A stretch of DNA of 61,397 bases, the filler included. It is 6 parts of 6 records of this genome, joined end to end, with 100 filler letters (N's around TTAATTAATTAA, not from the genome) between each part and the next. Parts side by side here need not be neighbours in the genome. Positions count along the whole stretch, not along the records: positions 53,045 to 61,397 come from DRR723986_12537; 5 more parts are not named here. One strand, 5' to 3'. The notes under the pieces were generated by a model. It saw only the letters and a program-made list of their open reading frames with translations, ran no database searches and was not told the origin of the DNA. Made by a program: the position numbers and the translations under genes. Positions 58,801 through 61,397 of the stretch are shown piece by piece (position 1 is the first letter of the stretch; every line of letters starts with the position of its first letter).

Positions 58801-60749
58801 CATAAGTTGTGTTCGCGCGTAGGTACAAATGCATCCGGTGTAGTGGAGATTTCATTGCTGAGCGTAACGCCTGCAAACGCAAAACTGCCATCCCGGAAGG
58901 CACTTAACTCTACGCCAAAATCGAGACTCTCGCCGCCGTGATAGGTGGACCAGTGCGCTCGCCCACTTTTGTCAAATTCAAAGAAAAACATATCACACAA
59001 ATTTGTGCCGGCAGGATCGTTCTTGGGTGTTGCCTGGAATCCGTTTATTACCGGAAAACTACTACTGTACGTCGCGCCCACAATCACAAAGTGATTGCTC
59101 CCTGGAAGCGAAATTATATCATATGCGAGATCATTGGAGTTTGTCCCCAAATATGTGACCCAGACAGATTGCCCCGTTGCAGCATCAAATTGGGCAACCA
59201 GAGCGTCCTGACCACCGGATTTGTCGGGTTGATAACTTCCGGCTGTCCCGGCAATATCATTTGATAGGGTCCAACCGGCAAGCCCTATGCTGCCTTCGTC
59301 ATTAATCGTAACTCCGACCGCAATGTCATCCTCGGCTCCACCAAAGAATGTGGACCAGACAGGCTGACCGTCATGGCTAAAACGCGTCAGGAAAATGTCA
59401 TCTTTGGCGTTTTTAACGGTTTTGTGGGCGTTTAGTAGTGGGAATCCCACAGCATCACCTCTGACGAAACCACAAATGACCAACATCTCGCCATTGCCGG
59501 TGATACCAGTCATTTGTTCAAATCCAGACCCACCGAAATACGTCGACCAGCGGATTTGGCCCAGCTCCCCGTCAAACTGTGAGACAAAAGCATCGCCACC
59601 TATATTTGTGGAGAGCTGCGACTGAAACGCATTTGCAATCGGAAGATTTGAGCTAAGTGTTCCGCCAACAATGTTTATGTTTCCACCATCATTGACATGC
59701 ATACCTATCACTTCGTCGACACTATTACCGCCGAAATAGGTCGCCCAGACGCGCTCACGCGCAGCATTAAACTTCACGACCATCCCATCGCGGGAACCGG
59801 CAAGATCGGCTTGAATCCCGATGCCGGGCGTCGTGGGGAAATCACTTGATCCGCTTGCTCCGGTCAAAACAACACTTCCATCTGCTTCTGTAGCTACATC
59901 AACAAAGTAATCGAGTCCGTCGCCGCCATAGTACGAGGCCCAGGCAAGTCCCGGATCAATCACCAGAAGTCTCTTGGGATCATAATCGGCCACTTCAAAA
60001 TCAATAACGCCCTGCCTAATGCGGAAACCTGACTCAACTTCCTGCAGCGATTGTTGGTCGGCAGCCGGCAGCGCAGGATCGCGCTGCGCTGGATCCAGTG
60101 CCGCAGCCTGATAACTAAAGGGTCTATCTTCCCGCACCTCGCCGTAGGGATTTTTGACTATCATCGAGCCATTCGCCCGCAGGCGGATATCTGTGGCACC
60201 TACATACTGCATTCTGATGTCTGCGGGGCTACCGCCGGGCCAAACAAGAAAATCATATTTCAACCCCGATCCGCTATAAAACACGCGCAGATCGATATTC
60301 GGGTAAATCTCACGATAGATAACTTCGCGATAGGACTGCAATTCCACAATTGCCTGATTGCGCCCGCGGTAGTGGTTTTCGTGGCCGGCAATAGACTCGC
60401 GACCGACCGTCTCAGAATTCAGATTGGCTCCCAGCAACTCCATATCCATTCGGTAACGCGTCACCGGCTGCGCAGCAGACAGGTCCGGAGCGGACTGATC
60501 AGCGGCATCAAAAGCCGTAAACACATAACTGAAACCGCTTGTGCGCAGGTACATTTCGGACGAACCACCAATACTGCGGTAGAGCACGTCTGGTCGTGAA
60601 TTGCCCTCGTTATCGAGGATTTGTCCCGCATTCGGTGTAAAAGCACTCACCGGCTGCGGCATGGAAAGCTTGGAAGCATTCAGCGGTGAAATCGCTACGC
60701 CACAAGTGACAACAGCGATGAAAAGCAGAGCCCAGGACACGCGAAACAT
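55857..60749 (-). CDS. Giant secreted SBBP-repeat protein with Ig-like / ASPM-SPD2-Hydin-like (choice-of-anchor D) repeats and T9SS-like CTD (paralogue 2)
   Basis: Same N-terminal architecture as paralogue 3, multiple DFG.V…N.G…F.P…L.G repeats, C-terminal SPNP…PGVY; start MFRVS at 60749. Confidence 0.88.
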   Translation of the reverse strand: MFRVSWALLFIAVVTCGVAISPLNASKLSMPQPVSAFTPNAGQILDNEGNSRPDVLYRSIGGSSEMYLRTSGFSYVFTAFDAADQSAPDLSAAQPVTRYRMDMELLGANLNSETVGRESIAGHENHYRGRNQAIVELQSYREVIYREIYPNIDLRVFYSGSGLKYDFLVWPGGSPADIRMQYVGATDIRLRANGSMIVKNPYGEVREDRPFSYQAAALDPAQRDPALPAADQQSLQEVESGFRIRQGVIDFEVADYDPKRLLVIDPGLAWASYYGGDGLDYFVDVATEADGSVVLTGASGSSDFPTTPGIGIQADLAGSRDGMVVKFNAARERVWATYFGGNSVDEVIGMHVNDGGNINIVGGTLSSNLPIANAFQSQLSTNIGGDAFVSQFDGELGQIRWSTYFGGSGFEQMTGITGNGEMLVICGFVRGDAVGFPLLNAHKTVKNAKDDIFLTRFSHDGQPVWSTFFGGAEDDIAVGVTINDEGSIGLAGWTLSNDIAGTAGSYQPDKSGGQDALVAQFDAATGQSVWVTYLGTNSNDLAYDIISLPGSNHFVIVGATYSSSFPVINGFQATPKNDPAGTNLCDMFFFEFDKSGRAHWSTYHGGESLDFGVELSAFRDGSFAFAGVTLSNEISTTPDAFVPTREHNLWGINIGVISASRDLVYSTYLPHDSHSYIVGLAVTGQSVADGSLIVAGVSTLSDLPTTENAFQNVMSGSSSGYVIEFGCSTFTEITADSPLEVCEGRRVTLDAGAGFADYIWSTGERTRQIEVDASGEFYVKVVDPNGCEFTTPPTEITVFPNPELNITADGPLQSCEGGSVTLDAGAGYEKYAWSNGAETQTISVSGTDEYSVIVTGGGGCTAEASVQVDLREPWEVTAAPAALDWGILDGCQSSVSLPLTLTNTSDYAVFVERLEFSNTAVFAAANFLANTEIAAGADVTLDIVFTPATLDPVNAELRIHISPCDDVIIIPLTGSKGELLLTATPSTIDFGDVLLCENATAEQAVEFENSGAEDVVLQSAQVNGPFALAAPSQLPLTLPPGAKEPLLIRFTPTAAGAASSAISINYSSGSCNDKIQIVVSGTGRDAAVELVNDQVLQFASLSDCELSADAELLLRPSDGAEGPLRIIAIDDVSGQLGAQAPLPLELPLKLPLADPLSLPLRLTPGATGLISGSARITYELDGCTGTLEFEYGGEKVGISIDVPPLVDFGDYFSCEQTSLTRRVAITRSGAELTIGTVTVDGNFDVNLVEDVAAPEFFDITFTTDAAEAAGSITIVFMPCNIERVITLTGRRIDLSMRGAATEDFGPVQLGDMATRTVSWTNEGNGPIEISAIECLAAPFSILAPTTFPLDVAPGESLEVVVQFSATSVGSFTGEFCVRSTSPCDLTYRTSLTGVGTEEEVQVPEVDIYIPDLVANPHWPSFEIPILVRSLQDFDGDFEVEALVYMRMNSSVFLPQSLQNGAIESNLRTPDERTLVLRSGAVTLTEDGPLAVLSGVPLLGNTVTSALRLDSVVFINREVDATLNDGSLTLDSLCEAGGTRLLTRVPSFGILGLSPNPSSRPPVFRVRGYAGASLQMLIRSTTGRTVFEREWAKPGSNIITVVPELALAPGVYQLVLRAQSAVDERLFVIVR

Positions 60750-60889
60750 AGGCAGGTTCCAGATTTGAATGGTACGAGAAGCGGGTTCGGAATTTCGGCG
60801 CGTTTTTGCTCGGGCAGGAATAGTCAAATAGAGCGACACAGGCAATTACAAACTGTCCCCGGTCAATAGTCTAAAGCTATTGTTTGACT

Positions 60890-60963
60890 GGCATCTAGCC
60901 GCCCCCAAAACCGGCCGTCTATGCCTCTTGAGCTTCTTGTTAGTCGCTGGGTGAGAACCCCAA
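60890..60963 (-). promoter_or_regulatory. Conserved upstream element, copy 2
   Basis: Near-identical to 55696-55770. Confidence 0.65.
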
Positions 60964-61126
60964 ATTCACGCGGCCTGCCTCAGGAACCTGTGGGCAAAAC
61001 GGCGAAGCCGCAGCCGGAAACAAGAATGGCGGGAGAGGTCTAGCCTTCCCGCCATTGTTAATCTGGAATATCGTAACTGCTGAATTCTGGCCCGCGTTGC
61101 GCTACCCGGCATTGCGCCGGAGCCGA

Positions 61127-61397
61127 CTAGCGTACGATCACAAATAGCCGCTCGTCGCTGCGGAACTCGGCATTCAGGACAACCTGGTAAATGCCGGGCG
61201 CAAGCGTAACAACAGGCCGCACCGTCATCAGATTGGCTCCGGCATTTTGCCACGAGCGCTCAAAGACTGTGCGACCGTTTGCAGCACGAATCTGCATCTG
61301 CAGGCCCGCGCCCTCAATGCCACGCACCTGAAATTCCGGCGGCGCGTCAGATGGATTCGGCGTCAGGCCAATAATCCCAAACCGCGGCGCCGTCGTT
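61127..61397 (-). CDS. C-terminal T9SS-like domain of a further paralogue (paralogue 1), 5'-truncated by window end
   Basis: …FGIIGLTPNPS…GRTVFERSW…LAPGIYQ…DERLFVIVR* closely matches the C-terminus of 55857-60749 (…FGILGLSPNPS…GRTVFEREW…LAPGVYQ…DERLFVIVR*). Confidence 0.88.
   Translation of the reverse strand, partial: TTAPRFGIIGLTPNPSDAPPEFQVRGIEGAGLQMQIRAANGRTVFERSWQNAGANLMTVRPVVTLAPGIYQVVLNAEFRSDERLFVIVR

Overview
The window is not one locus. It joins six unrelated contigs with artificial N44-TTAATTAATTAA-N44 spacers, so no synteny should be read across them. Contig A (1-21247) is an alphaproteobacterial, probably Rhodobacteraceae, accessory region. It has four modules: SDR/YceI/cytochrome b561/LysR; GntR/ADP-ribosylglycohydrolase/PfkB/ABC; LysR/TRAP/HcnABC-OoxAB-like oxidase/Rid; and a truncated MmeI-like type IIL restriction-modification gene. 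Clusters of one degenerate repeat family lie between the modules. Contig B (21348-26801) carries a partial SRP RNA, nudC, an SRPBCC gene, an imuB with no neighbouring imuA or dnaE2, and ureD-ureA-(His-rich micro-ORF)-ureB-ureC'. Contig C (26902-37606) is a Rhodobacteraceae-type origin region: rdgB, hemW, parBA, rsmG, mnmG, mnmE, rho, hemJ, oriC, maf, aroE, with two perfect parS sites. Contig E (44589-52944) is high-GC Rhodobacteraceae-type housekeeping DNA (pyrB, pyrC', plsY, prs, marC and others). Contigs D (37707-44488) and F (53045-61397) look like FCB-group (Bacteroidota/Kapabacteria-like) DNA. They encode large T9SS-type secreted proteins, three tandem DUF3592-like genes, a twin-domain aspartyl protease and at least three tandem SBBP-repeat paralogues. 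The most novel signals are non-coding: a bipartite motif TTG(A/G)GG-N8-9-CAGCGAC(T/A)AACAA upstream of three genes on contigs D and F, a ~75-nt structured element conserved ahead of two SBBP paralogues, and the inter-module repeat family of contig A. Taxonomy and family names come from motif recognition only; no searches were run.
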